Source: an uncultured delta proteobacterium
GTDB taxonomy: Bacteria > Myxococcota > UBA727 > VGSZ01
Length of the DNA stretch: 64,000 nucleotides
Assembly (NCBI GenBank): GCA_963775425.1
Contig: CAVZJB010000005.1
Location: forward strand, 448,001 to 512,000
Direction of reading: 5' to 3'
Both the position numbers and the translations under genes were made by a program. Below the pieces are notes generated by a model that did no database searches, was not told where the DNA came from, and saw nothing but the letters and a program-made list of their open reading frames with translations. Numbering within the stretch: the stretch's first letter is position 1; every line of letters starts with the position of its first letter. This document shows, one piece after another, positions 8,965 through 18,142 of this stretch.

Positions 8965-10059
8965 CTCGCGGACGAGCGTGAGCTCCTTGTCGAGGTCGCC
9001 GCCGCCGAGGACGAGGTTCCCGTCGCCGTCGAGGGAGGCCGAGTAGGTGATGGTCACCTTGGCCGTCGACGTCACCGTCAGCCGGCCCGTGGAGTAGCGC
9101 CACGAGCCCGAGAGCGGGCCGAAGGCGACGGAGCCGGTGGGCGCCAGCTTGAGGTGCAGCGTGTCGGTGCTGGCGGCGTCGACGACGCGCCAGGAGCCGA
9201 TGAGCTGCTCGCGCGTCAAAGGCCCCGAGACCCTCCGGTGCTCGTCGTCATCGGTGACCCTCACGCGCTGGGCGCCCGAGCGGCGGAACTTCATGTCGTC
9301 GCCTAGGTTGGGCGAGCTCAACACGAGCGAATTGCCGTCGAGCACGTAGCGGTACGACTCCGCGCCCTCGGCGATGGTGAGCACGAGCTTGCCGCCGTCG
9401 GCCTGGTAGCCGCCCTTGAGCGGTCCGAGCTGGAAGCGGCCGTCCTCCTCGAGGACGAGGTCGGGGCCGCCGCCGAGGTTGATCCACGTGCCGACGAGGG
9501 TGGCGTACATCCCCTTGCCGGCGACGGCGCGGTAGCTGCCGAGCATCCGGTCGAGGTCGCGCGTGAACGCCCCGCGCTTCTTCTGCAGCGTCTCGAAGTG
9601 GAGGACGTGGACGTGGCCGTACGCGTGCAGCGCGTACACCTCGATGGCGCGCACGGTGTGGCTGTCGCCGGAGGCGTACACGGAGAACGTCCGGCGCACC
9701 GCGGGCATCAGGCCCACGCTGGTGGGGATGTCGCCGCCGTGCTTGTAGCCGAGCTCGCTCTTGGCGGCCTCCTCGGCCTCGTCGAGCGTCTCCTTGCTGG
9801 TCTCACCGGGCCGGATGTCGCGCACGCTCACGCGCAGGATGCCGGGGACGCCGCCGACGACCTTCTTGAAGATCATCCCCGTGGTGTCGCCGGGCAGGGG
9901 CGCGAGCTGCCAGCCGCTCTCGAGGTGGATGCAGAAGCGGTGCTGCGTGTCGTCGTAGTCGCCCTTGGGGCACGCCCCGTCGCCGACGGCTCGCGCCGCG
10001 GACGGCGCTCCGAGCGCGACGGCGGCGGCGAGCGCGAGGGAGGCACCGAGCGGGCGCAT
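8962..10059 (-). CDS. Secreted hypothetical protein with two repeated C-terminal beta domains
   Basis: Signal peptide; repeated LVGTW...G.F.LGPL.G.Y / LIGSW...G...FGPL.G.W units. Confidence 0.75.
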   Translation of the reverse strand: MRPLGASLALAAAVALGAPSAARAVGDGACPKGDYDDTQHRFCIHLESGWQLAPLPGDTTGMIFKKVVGGVPGILRVSVRDIRPGETSKETLDEAEEAAKSELGYKHGGDIPTSVGLMPAVRRTFSVYASGDSHTVRAIEVYALHAYGHVHVLHFETLQKKRGAFTRDLDRMLGSYRAVAGKGMYATLVGTWINLGGGPDLVLEEDGRFQLGPLKGGYQADGGKLVLTIAEGAESYRYVLDGNSLVLSSPNLGDDMKFRRSGAQRVRVTDDDEHRRVSGPLTREQLIGSWRVVDAASTDTLHLKLAPTGSVAFGPLSGSWRYSTGRLTVTSTAKVTITYSASLDGDGNLVLGGGDLDKELTLVRE

Positions 10060-10160
10060 GGGCGCACGATAGACGAACGCCGGGGCGCCCGGCATTCAGG
10101 ACCCCGGGGTGCGCGCAAGGCGCACATCAAGGCGTGGCGAGGCCGGCCGATGGGGGATCG

Positions 10161-11567
10161 GTGGCCCGGATCGACTCCTTCCTCGCGCAGCTCATGGCCT
10201 ACGAGGCCGAGGCCCTCCTCATCGAGAGCGGGGACAACCTCTATCTCGTGAAGGGCGAGCAGCGGCTCCCGCTCATGCACGTGCCCGCCGGCGCCATCCA
10301 GAACGCACACGTGGTGACGCTCCTCGGCGAGGTCGCGCCGCCGGAGATCTGCCGGCGGCTCGAGGCAGGTGAGGGCGCGGAGTGGGTGTACCCGTGGGGG
10401 AGCTGCTCGATCGCCTGCGCCGTCACCGTCGAAGACGGACGCATGCGCGCGCACCTCCGCGACGCCTCGGCCTTCACCGCGTCCGCTGCGGCGCCGGCGC
10501 CGCTGCGCGCCGCGCCGGACGAGGCCGCCGACGGGGTCTGGCAGGGGCCGGCCGTCGAGCGCTATCTGCGCGCGGCCCTCCGGACGGGCAGCGCGGATCT
10601 CCACCTCACCGCGGGACGCGTGCCGATGTGCCGCGTGGACGGCGAGATGGTCGCGCTGCCGGACTTCGCGCCGCTCGAGCCGTACAGCCTGCAAAAGATG
10701 ATCGAAGAGATCGTGCCCGATCGGGCCAAAACGGATCTCGACGCGACGCACGACGTCGACTTCTCCTGGGAGATCGATTGCGCGCGCGTGCGCTGCAACG
10801 TCTTTCGCGACTGCACCGGTGTGGGCGCGGTGCTCCGCGCGTTCCCGCTCCGGGCGATGACGGTGGCGGAGCTCGGCGCGCCGGCGCCGCTCGTGGCGAT
10901 GTGCGCGCAGCGCCACGGGCTCATCGTCGTCACCGGCCCGAGCGGCAGCGGCAAGTCCACCACGGCGGCCGCGTTGATCGACTGGATCAACGACAACCGC
11001 GCGGATCACATCGTCACCGTCGAGGAACCGGTGGAGATCGTGCACGTGCCGAAGCGTGCGCTGGTGAACCAGCGGCAGGTCCGCGAGCACACCGGCAGCT
11101 TCGCCCGCGCCCTGCGCGCGGCCCAGCGGGAAGACCCCGACGTGGTGTTCGTGAGCGACGTCCACGACGTCGAGACGCTCGCGACCGTCCTCGATATGGC
11201 CGAGCGGCACCTCGTCATCGTGGTGATGCACACGCGATCCGCCGCCGCCGCCCTGGAGCGCATCGTCGATCGGTTCTCGCCCGATCAACAGCACCACGCC
11301 CGCAACGTCCTCGCCGAGTGTTTGGTCGGCGTCGTGGCGCAGACGCTGTGCAAGAAGATCGGCGGCGGCCGCGCCGCGGCGTTCGAGGTCCTCGAAGGCG
11401 GCGGGGCCACGGCGACGCTCATTCGCGAGCGGCGGACGAGCGAGCTGCCGCGCACCCTCGACGCGACCCTGCGGGCCCTCGTGGACGCCGGCGTCATCGA
11501 CGCGCGCGAAGCTGTTGCGCGCGCGGTCGACCAGCGTGCCTTTCAACAGTTGAAGGCGGTCGCATGA
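10161..11567 (+). CDS. pilT: PilT/PilU-family ATPase paralogue with extra N-terminal domain and degenerate Walker B
   Basis: SADLHL, GPSGSGKST, HIVTVEEPVE, REDPDV, HLV...MHT. Confidence 0.85.
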   Translation: MARIDSFLAQLMAYEAEALLIESGDNLYLVKGEQRLPLMHVPAGAIQNAHVVTLLGEVAPPEICRRLEAGEGAEWVYPWGSCSIACAVTVEDGRMRAHLRDASAFTASAAAPAPLRAAPDEAADGVWQGPAVERYLRAALRTGSADLHLTAGRVPMCRVDGEMVALPDFAPLEPYSLQKMIEEIVPDRAKTDLDATHDVDFSWEIDCARVRCNVFRDCTGVGAVLRAFPLRAMTVAELGAPAPLVAMCAQRHGLIVVTGPSGSGKSTTAAALIDWINDNRADHIVTVEEPVEIVHVPKRALVNQRQVREHTGSFARALRAAQREDPDVVFVSDVHDVETLATVLDMAERHLVIVVMHTRSAAAALERIVDRFSPDQQHHARNVLAECLVGVVAQTLCKKIGGGRAAAFEVLEGGGATATLIRERRTSELPRTLDATLRALVDAGVIDAREAVARAVDQRAFQQLKAVA

Positions 11568-12443
11568 ACGTGTCTGTCGCCAACCCCGACATCGCACTCG
11601 ACCCGCTCGAAGCGATCACCGTCGACGACGTGGACGTCGACGATTCTCATTTCCTCGCGCGCCACGGCACCCGACGTGGTGAAGTTGCCCCCGTCGGCGG
11701 CGCTCGTGAACGCTGCGATCGCCTCGGGCGCCAAGCTCTCCGAGATCACGAAGCTCGTCGAGCTCGACACCGCGCTCGGCGAGAACATCGCGCGCCTCGC
11801 GCGCTCGGCGGCCTACACGAGCGCGGTCGGCGAGAAGGTCTCGCTGCCCTACGCGCTCATGCGCCTTGGCCGCGAAGGCGTGCGCGCCGCGTGTTTCACG
11901 TCGACGCTCGCGAAGCCCGCGCTGCGGCCGGGGCCGCTCCTCCCGCTGCGCAGCCGCGTCTGGCGGGAGTGCATCGCGTCCGCGCTCGCGTGCCAGGCGT
12001 TGGCCGGGAGCAAGGCGCCGGAGCACGACGCGTATCTCCTCGGCTTGCTCCACGACTTCGGCAAGATCCTCGCGCTCGGCATCGTCGAGGGCGCCCTCGC
12101 GCCGGGTGACGCCGGGACGTTCGCGGGGATCGGCGCGTCGTTCTTCGCCGACGCCGCCGAGCGACACCACTGCGACCTCGGGTGGATCGTCACGGACGCG
12201 TGGCACCTGCCCGAGCCCATCCCCACGGTCACCGCGCGCCACCACGTCCGCGACGACGACGATCCGCTCCACGGCCTCGTGACCGTGGCGGATCGCGTCG
12301 TGCGCGAGGCCGCCCGGCGCCGCTGGCAGATCTCGGCCGAGGACATCGAGCGCATCGACGGCATCTACACACGTGACGAGGCCATGTCCGTGCGCATCGC
12401 CATCGCCAAGCACCCCTACGTCTACACCGCCGTGACGGGTTGA
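11564..12443 (+). CDS. HDOD-domain protein, apparently frameshifted near 11640-11675
   Basis: ELDTAL...RLARSAAY, AYLLGLLHDFGK, HCDLG...WHLP; the ATG at 11564 overlapping the pilT stop is in a different frame from the HDOD body. Confidence 0.75.
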
Positions 12444-12474
12444 CCCGAAGGCCCTGGAGTGGCCCAATTCGGCG

Positions 12475-14721
12475 ATGCCGGTTCGTTCGCACGGCACCAA
12501 GCCTCACGCTCGCAGGCGCGCCGGTGGTAGCGAGACCACCACGTCCGCCGCGGGCAAGCCCAAGAGCCCCAAGAAGGCGAAGGCGACGACGTCGACCGAG
12601 GCGGGGACGTCGCCGCCGCTCGACACCGACGTGGTCACCAACGTGGCGCAAGCGGGCGCGGCGCCGCCGGGCGCCGTGCGCGTGGGACACCCCGGCCTCG
12701 CGCGCACGGAGGCGTTGGCGAGGTCGAACAAGCCGTTCGCCTCACGCAGGACCGCCGACGCCGCCGCCGACGCCGCCGCCATCGAGAGGTGCCTCGACAC
12801 GCCCAACGCGTGGTCCGTGCTGCGCAAGCACACCACCAAGAAGGACCTGCACGACGTCGGGGACATGTGCCGGCGGCTCAACCCCGAGCGCTGGCAGGAG
12901 ATCTACGCGGGCTTCTTCGACGCCGTCCTGCGCACCCAGGCGGCCAAGCCCGCGGCGTTGAAGGCGCGCGACAAGGCGCTCCCCGCGGAGTGGTTCCACG
13001 AGCCCTTCTATTACACGTACGTGCAGTACTTCGGCACCAAGGACGCGCGGAGCACCTCCACCTTCGACGACCTCATCAAGATGCTCGACTACCTCGACGA
13101 CGCGGGCATCAAGAACGTCTTCCTCCTGCCGCACTACGAGTCGCCCATGGGCGACGGCGGCTACGACGTCTCCGACTTCGCGCCGCGCAAGGACCTCGGC
13201 GGCGAGGAGGCCTTCGAACGCTTCATGGCGGAGGCCACGCGGCGCGGCTTTCGCGTCGCGACCGATCTGCCGCTCAACCACACGTCGGTGAAGCACAAGT
13301 GGTTCCAGGCGGCGCTCAAGGGCGACGCCGAGAAGCTCGACTACTACCTGCGCCGCGACGGTCGAAAGAAGGTCGGCGAGCGCGACGAAAACGGCGACAT
13401 CGTCTGCCGCTACCAGGACCCCGACGGCACCATCACCGAGCGCGTGCTGATCTTCCCCGACGTCGACCGGGAGCACGGCGAGGTGTTCGAGATCGGCGGC
13501 AAGCAGGTGAACATCTACCAGGAGTTCTACCCGTTCCAGCTCGACCTCGACCTCGAAAACCCGGCGTTGCTCGACGAGATCTTCAAGCTCGTCGGCGACG
13601 AGACCAACCAGGGCATCCTCGGCAAGCGCACCGACGCCATCGCCCACTGGATCAAGAAGCCCGGCACGGCGGCGGACGGGTTGCCCGAGACACACGCGGT
13701 GCACGCGCTCATCAAGTCCTTCCTCAAGCACGTCGCGCCGAAGGCCGTCGTCCTCCCGGAGGCCGTGCGCGGCGCCGACATCTGCGCGCAGTACTGCGGC
13801 GTCGACACCGAGGTCGCCGGCAACGCCACCAGCTCCGAGGGCGACGCGCTGTTCAACTTCGACATGCAGGGCGCGCTTCGGGAGATGCTGTACTTCCAGA
13901 CCACCACGCCGTTTTGGGAGAAGGTCTTCCGGATGCCCGCGCTGCCGGCGGACGCCACGTGGCTCAACCTGCTCGAGCACCACGACGAGACGTACCTCGG
14001 CATGATCAGCGAAGAAAACCGCGGCTGGCTCGGCAAGTACGTCGAGGACAAGGGGGGCGTCGTCTACAAAAACGGCATGAGCGCCGGCGGCCGCTACGCC
14101 GACAACCTCGGCCACGACGCCGACCGCATCGCCAACGCCGTGTTCGCCCTCTACATGACCCCCGGCGTGCCGGTGATGTACTACGGCACCGAGATAGGCG
14201 CGGGGAACAACCCGGCCCACGCCGCGCGCATGCAGAAGAAGCAGCACGGCATCTTCAAGCAGCTCGGGCTCGACGTGACGGAGGAGCAGGCCTTCGACCC
14301 ACGCGAGCTTCAGCGCGGGCCCGTGCCGGCGAAGAAGTTCGACGACGCGCGCGCCAAGAAGTCACCGCCGTTTCAAACCTTCAAGGCGCTGAACCGCCTG
14401 CGCGCCGAGCGGCCGTCGGTGCGCAGCAACCTGCTCACGCCCGTCGACAACGGCCACGACGGCGTGCTCTCGCTCGTGAAGTTCACCGACGACGGCTCGG
14501 ACACCCCCGTGCTCGCGCTCGCGAACCTCACCGGCGACAAGCAGACCCTCCGCATCCCGCTCGACCAGCTCCGCGAGAAGCTCGGCCTAAAAGACGGCAA
14601 GCCCTTCGTGCTCGAAGATCTTCTGGGCGCTGGCCGTGTGGACGCCGAGATCGCGGGCGGCGCCGTGCGCATCGAGATGCCGCCGTACGGGCGCCTGCTG
14701 CTCGACCGCCGGCTCGCTTGA
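12475..14721 (+). CDS. GH13 alpha-amylase family enzyme (trehalose synthase/amylosucrase-like)
   Basis: LDYLDDAG, GDGGYDVSDF, DLPLNHTS, RTDA (nucleophile), LPEA (acid/base), HHDE, PGVPVMYYG. Confidence 0.88.
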   Translation: MPVRSHGTKPHARRRAGGSETTTSAAGKPKSPKKAKATTSTEAGTSPPLDTDVVTNVAQAGAAPPGAVRVGHPGLARTEALARSNKPFASRRTADAAADAAAIERCLDTPNAWSVLRKHTTKKDLHDVGDMCRRLNPERWQEIYAGFFDAVLRTQAAKPAALKARDKALPAEWFHEPFYYTYVQYFGTKDARSTSTFDDLIKMLDYLDDAGIKNVFLLPHYESPMGDGGYDVSDFAPRKDLGGEEAFERFMAEATRRGFRVATDLPLNHTSVKHKWFQAALKGDAEKLDYYLRRDGRKKVGERDENGDIVCRYQDPDGTITERVLIFPDVDREHGEVFEIGGKQVNIYQEFYPFQLDLDLENPALLDEIFKLVGDETNQGILGKRTDAIAHWIKKPGTAADGLPETHAVHALIKSFLKHVAPKAVVLPEAVRGADICAQYCGVDTEVAGNATSSEGDALFNFDMQGALREMLYFQTTTPFWEKVFRMPALPADATWLNLLEHHDETYLGMISEENRGWLGKYVEDKGGVVYKNGMSAGGRYADNLGHDADRIANAVFALYMTPGVPVMYYGTEIGAGNNPAHAARMQKKQHGIFKQLGLDVTEEQAFDPRELQRGPVPAKKFDDARAKKSPPFQTFKALNRLRAERPSVRSNLLTPVDNGHDGVLSLVKFTDDGSDTPVLALANLTGDKQTLRIPLDQLREKLGLKDGKPFVLEDLLGAGRVDAEIAGGAVRIEMPPYGRLLLDRRLA

Positions 14722-14757
14722 CTCAAGCGACCGGAGGGAGCGGCCGCGCTTGGGTCA
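14719..14757. repeat. REP-like palindromic repeat, copy C
   Basis: tgactcaagcgaccggagggagcggccgcgcttgggtca; both ends are the stop codons of the convergent genes. Confidence 0.78.
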
Positions 14758-15330
14758 GTCCTCACCGCCGTTGGCGGCTTTCTGGATGAGCTGGCGGGAG
14801 GTCCGGAGCAGCCGGGCGGCACCGGAGCGATTCCCGCCGGCCTTGTCGAGGGCCTGGATCAACAAGGAACGACGCACCTCCCGCTCGAACGCGAGGAGTG
14901 AGACACGTCCGACATAGCGCGCGAGGAGCGCGTAGATGGGAGGGGGATCTTCCCGCTCCGCGCGGTCGAACGCAGACAGCAGGGTCGCCGCGGTCAGCGG
15001 TGAGTCGAGCAGGCTGTGCACCCCGAGGGAGCCGAGCGCGAACATCTCCTCGAACGTGAAGCCGTCCTTCACCGCCAACACATGCGGCGTGGGCAGGCTC
15101 AGGGTCGCGGTGCGAGCGACGTCGATCCCGGGGCCGTCGTCGAGCGTCGAGGACACGACGACGAAGTCGAGGTGGGAGCTGAGCAGGATCCGATCGATGG
15201 CGTCGGCGCGCGAGGTGCTCGCCATGACGAGGGTGCCTTGCCGGCGAAGGCCCCAGGTGAGCTGCGCGACGACTGCGCGGTCGGTGAGCGCCAGCAGCAC
15301 GTTCCGCTTACGCCGATTTCGCCTACGCAT
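14755..15330 (-). CDS. Atypical response regulator (pseudo-receiver plus Fis-type HTH)
   Basis: Receiver-like pattern lacking the phospho-Asp (DFVVVSSTL) and Lys (LDSP); C-terminal ALDKAGGNRSGAARLL. Confidence 0.72.
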   Translation of the reverse strand: MRRRNRRKRNVLLALTDRAVVAQLTWGLRRQGTLVMASTSRADAIDRILLSSHLDFVVVSSTLDDGPGIDVARTATLSLPTPHVLAVKDGFTFEEMFALGSLGVHSLLDSPLTAATLLSAFDRAEREDPPPIYALLARYVGRVSLLAFEREVRRSLLIQALDKAGGNRSGAARLLRTSRQLIQKAANGGED

Positions 15331-15489
15331 CTCTCCGGCAGCGTGGCACGCGCGTTCGACGCAGTGCGTTTTCGCTCAAAGTTGAGACACCGGGATATGC
15401 GACCGGTCGGTTTTCGCGCTCTCTCGCCAGGGTGGCCCGCAACAACTGTGGCAGTGCCGGTCGCCCGATCGGACTGGTAAGTGCGCCGC

Positions 15490-15891
15490 ATGTCCAATGC
15501 TCTTGAGATCGGTCCGCACCGGTTCGATTTCCAGCCACCCGCCCTCGTGTATTTGAGCTTCGTCGACAACATCGATGACGCACACGCGGCGACGGTGATC
15601 GAGGCGTGCGGCCGGTCGACCGCGAAGAAGCCGTTCGCGATCGTCTGCCACACGCCCGGGATGAAGAACGTGACGCCGCGCGCGCGCAAGGTCTTCGCGG
15701 ACGGATTCAAGAAGATGCCTCTGGTGGCCGCGGCCTTCGTGGACGCCTCCATCCGGACGCGGGCGATCGTGACGTTCGTCGTCACCGCCATCAACGTCTT
15801 CCGTTCGAAGAAGATGGCCTTCGCGTTCTTCGACCGCGAGGAAGAGGCGAAGACCTGGGCCATCACCGAGCTCGCGACCTGGACCGAGTGA
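15490..15891 (+). CDS. Small STAS/SEC14-like protein
   Basis: VTPRARKVFA...AAAFV...FAFFDREEEAKTW pattern of myxobacterial SpoIIAA-like proteins. Confidence 0.7.
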   Translation: MSNALEIGPHRFDFQPPALVYLSFVDNIDDAHAATVIEACGRSTAKKPFAIVCHTPGMKNVTPRARKVFADGFKKMPLVAAAFVDASIRTRAIVTFVVTAINVFRSKKMAFAFFDREEEAKTWAITELATWTE

Positions 15892-15897
15892 CGGGAG

Positions 15898-16524
15898 ATG
15901 TCTCCCGTCGCGATTCGCACCCTCGAGGTGCTCGAGAACCACGTCTCCCCCATCAACGCGCGTTCCGTCTTTCGCCGCGCGCTCGATGCGGCGGGCTTCA
16001 CGCCTGAGACGATGTCCACGCGCGAGCTGACGGTCCTCTTGCCGGCGTTGAGCCGATCCGTGCGGCTCTTCGTCGACGCCCCGGTGCTTGCGCGCATCAT
16101 GTCGTCCCTCTCGGAGCTCGCCGAGGCCCGGCCGGCCACCACCGTCGAGAAGATCCCGATCGCCGACGAAGACGACGTGAGCAAGGCCCGCCTCACCGCG
16201 CGGTCCTTGTGCCGTGATGCGGCCACGCCGTCTTTGCAGGCACAGAAGATCGCAACCGCCGTGAGCGAGCTCGCGCGCAACCTCTTCCGCTACGCGACGG
16301 GCGGCGTCATCGAGCTCGAGATCACGGCGTCACCGCCGCGCTTCATCGTGCGCGCGCTCGATCGCGGCCCGGGCATCAACAACCTCCCGGAGATCCTCTC
16401 CGGCCGCTACAAGTCGCGAACGGGCATGGGGCTCGGCCTCCTCGGCACCAAGCGGATGGTGGACGAATTCGACGTCGTCACCGGGAGCACAGGCACGCGC
16501 ATCGTCGCGGTGGTGCACCTGTGA
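15898..16524 (+). CDS. rsbT: RsbT-like anti-sigma/switch kinase with N-terminal extension
   Basis: IATAVSELARN, DRGPGI, GMGLGLLGTKRMVDEF GHKL boxes. Confidence 0.88.
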   Translation: MSPVAIRTLEVLENHVSPINARSVFRRALDAAGFTPETMSTRELTVLLPALSRSVRLFVDAPVLARIMSSLSELAEARPATTVEKIPIADEDDVSKARLTARSLCRDAATPSLQAQKIATAVSELARNLFRYATGGVIELEITASPPRFIVRALDRGPGINNLPEILSGRYKSRTGMGLGLLGTKRMVDEFDVVTGSTGTRIVAVVHL

Positions 16525-16608
16525 CGGCCCGGGTCGCGCCGGCCGGGGCGTCCTCGAGCGACGCCCGCTCAATCGACGAGCTCACGCTCGTCTTCGTGGA
16601 GGTGTGAA

Positions 16609-17052
16609 GTGCCATCGGACGCGTCCCCGGCCTCGATCCCCATCATCCGGCTCTGGGACATCCTGCTCGTCCCCATCCAGGGGGACCTCCCCGATCGCAT
16701 CGCAGAGCAACTGCGCGCCGACGTCCTCACGCGCGTCCAGGAGTCCGGCACGCGCCACGTCATCGTCGACGTGTCCGGCGTGTGGTTCATGGACAGCCAC
16801 CTGTGCATGGTGTTGTCGCAGCTCGCGAAGGCCGCGCGCTACATGGGCTGCTCCACCATCGTCACGGGCCTGTCGCCCGACGTGGCGCTGACGCTGCAAT
16901 CCATGGGGCTGCACATCGGCACGGGAACGACGATGCGAAACCTGGAGCAGGCGCTCGTGTCCCTCGGCGTCGCGCCCAAGAAGCGGGCCGACAAAGAAGA
17001 CGACGACATCATCCGCCGCATCACGCTCGGTGACAGGGAGAAGGAAGAATGA
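16609..17052 (+). CDS. rsbS: RsbS-like STAS antagonist
   Basis: IPIIRL, VIVDVSGVWFMDS (conserved Ser), GLSPDVALTL. Confidence 0.88.
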   Translation: MPSDASPASIPIIRLWDILLVPIQGDLPDRIAEQLRADVLTRVQESGTRHVIVDVSGVWFMDSHLCMVLSQLAKAARYMGCSTIVTGLSPDVALTLQSMGLHIGTGTTMRNLEQALVSLGVAPKKRADKEDDDIIRRITLGDREKEE

Positions 17053-17672
17053 ACGACGTCGTGACCTTCGATCGAATCCGAATCGCGCGCCTCGCGCAAC
17101 TCCTCGGAGCGTTGAGCATCGGGGACGGTATCGACGCCGCCAAGATCAACGTCGACACCCGCGACGAGCTCGCGGACTTCGAAGAGATGTTGAACATCTT
17201 CGCCGAGGAATACTCGGACGCGCTCGCCGAGAACGAAGAGCTGAACCGCCGCAGGCTCGAGACCATCGAGCGGCAGCAGGCCACCATCGCCGAGCTGAGC
17301 GTTCCGATCATCGATGTCTGGGACGACGTCGTCATGCTGCCCATCGTGGGCATCGTCGACACGCAACGCTCGGTGGACATGACGCAGCGGCTGCTCCGGC
17401 GTGTCGCCGCCGGAAACGCACGGTGCGTGATCATCGACCTGACCGGCATCGACGTCGTCGACACGTCCGCGACCGATCACTTGATTCGCATGATGCGCTC
17501 CGTGCAACTGCTCGGCGCGTTCTGCGTGATGTCGGGGATCTCCCCGAACATCGCCCAGACCATGGTGCAGCTCGACGTCGATATGGGCGCCGTGGCCATG
17601 GTGCGGAGCATGAAGGACGCGCTGCGCCTCTCGTTCCGGAAGCTCGACGCCCTCGAGCGCGGCGAGGGATGA
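17049..17672 (+). CDS. rsbR: RsbR-like STAS protein with HAMP-like N-terminus
   Basis: ELSVPII, LPIVGIVDT, IIDLTGIDVVDT, SGISPNIAQTMVQL. Confidence 0.9.
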   Translation: MNDVVTFDRIRIARLAQLLGALSIGDGIDAAKINVDTRDELADFEEMLNIFAEEYSDALAENEELNRRRLETIERQQATIAELSVPIIDVWDDVVMLPIVGIVDTQRSVDMTQRLLRRVAAGNARCVIIDLTGIDVVDTSATDHLIRMMRSVQLLGAFCVMSGISPNIAQTMVQLDVDMGAVAMVRSMKDALRLSFRKLDALERGEG

Positions 17673-18073
17673 CCGAGGAAGAGATCACGGTCCGCTCCAT
17701 CGTCGACGCCAGCGTGGCCGCCTCGCTGGCGCGCCGCTTCGCCGAGCGCTGCGGTCTCGAGCCGAAGGCAGCGACCGAGATCGGCATCGTCGCGCGGGAG
17801 CTCGCGACCAACATGGCGCGCCACGCCAACGAAGGCGTCCTCTACCTGCGCCTGGTGGGGGACACCGTGGAGCTCGAAGCCGTCGATTGTGGGGACGGAG
17901 CCCCGGAGGACCTCGCCCGCTCCGATCCGGGGGTCGTCGACGCCCGCGGGCGCGCGCGTGACGGGCTCGGCCAAGGGCTCGCGGTTGTGCGCCGGCTCAC
18001 GGACAGCGTCGAGGCGCGCCCCGCGCCGGGGCGCCGGGGCCTCGCCGTCGTCGCGCGCCGCCGCAAAGGGTGA
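17669..18073 (+). CDS. Second GHKL anti-sigma-type ATPase/kinase
   Basis: IVARELATN, EAVDCGDG, GLGQGLAVVRRLTD; ATGA coupling to rsbR. Confidence 0.8.
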   Translation: MTEEEITVRSIVDASVAASLARRFAERCGLEPKAATEIGIVARELATNMARHANEGVLYLRLVGDTVELEAVDCGDGAPEDLARSDPGVVDARGRARDGLGQGLAVVRRLTDSVEARPAPGRRGLAVVARRRKG

Positions 18074-18142
18074 GCCCCTGCCACATCTGTTGCACTTCAA
18101 GTGGACCGCGCAGGTGATAGGTAGCGCGCATTCGGGGGTCCC

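Noticed and set aside
15343-15358. Sigma54-like TGGCACG upstream of the rsb operon
   Set aside because: The -12 element reads TTCG rather than TTGC
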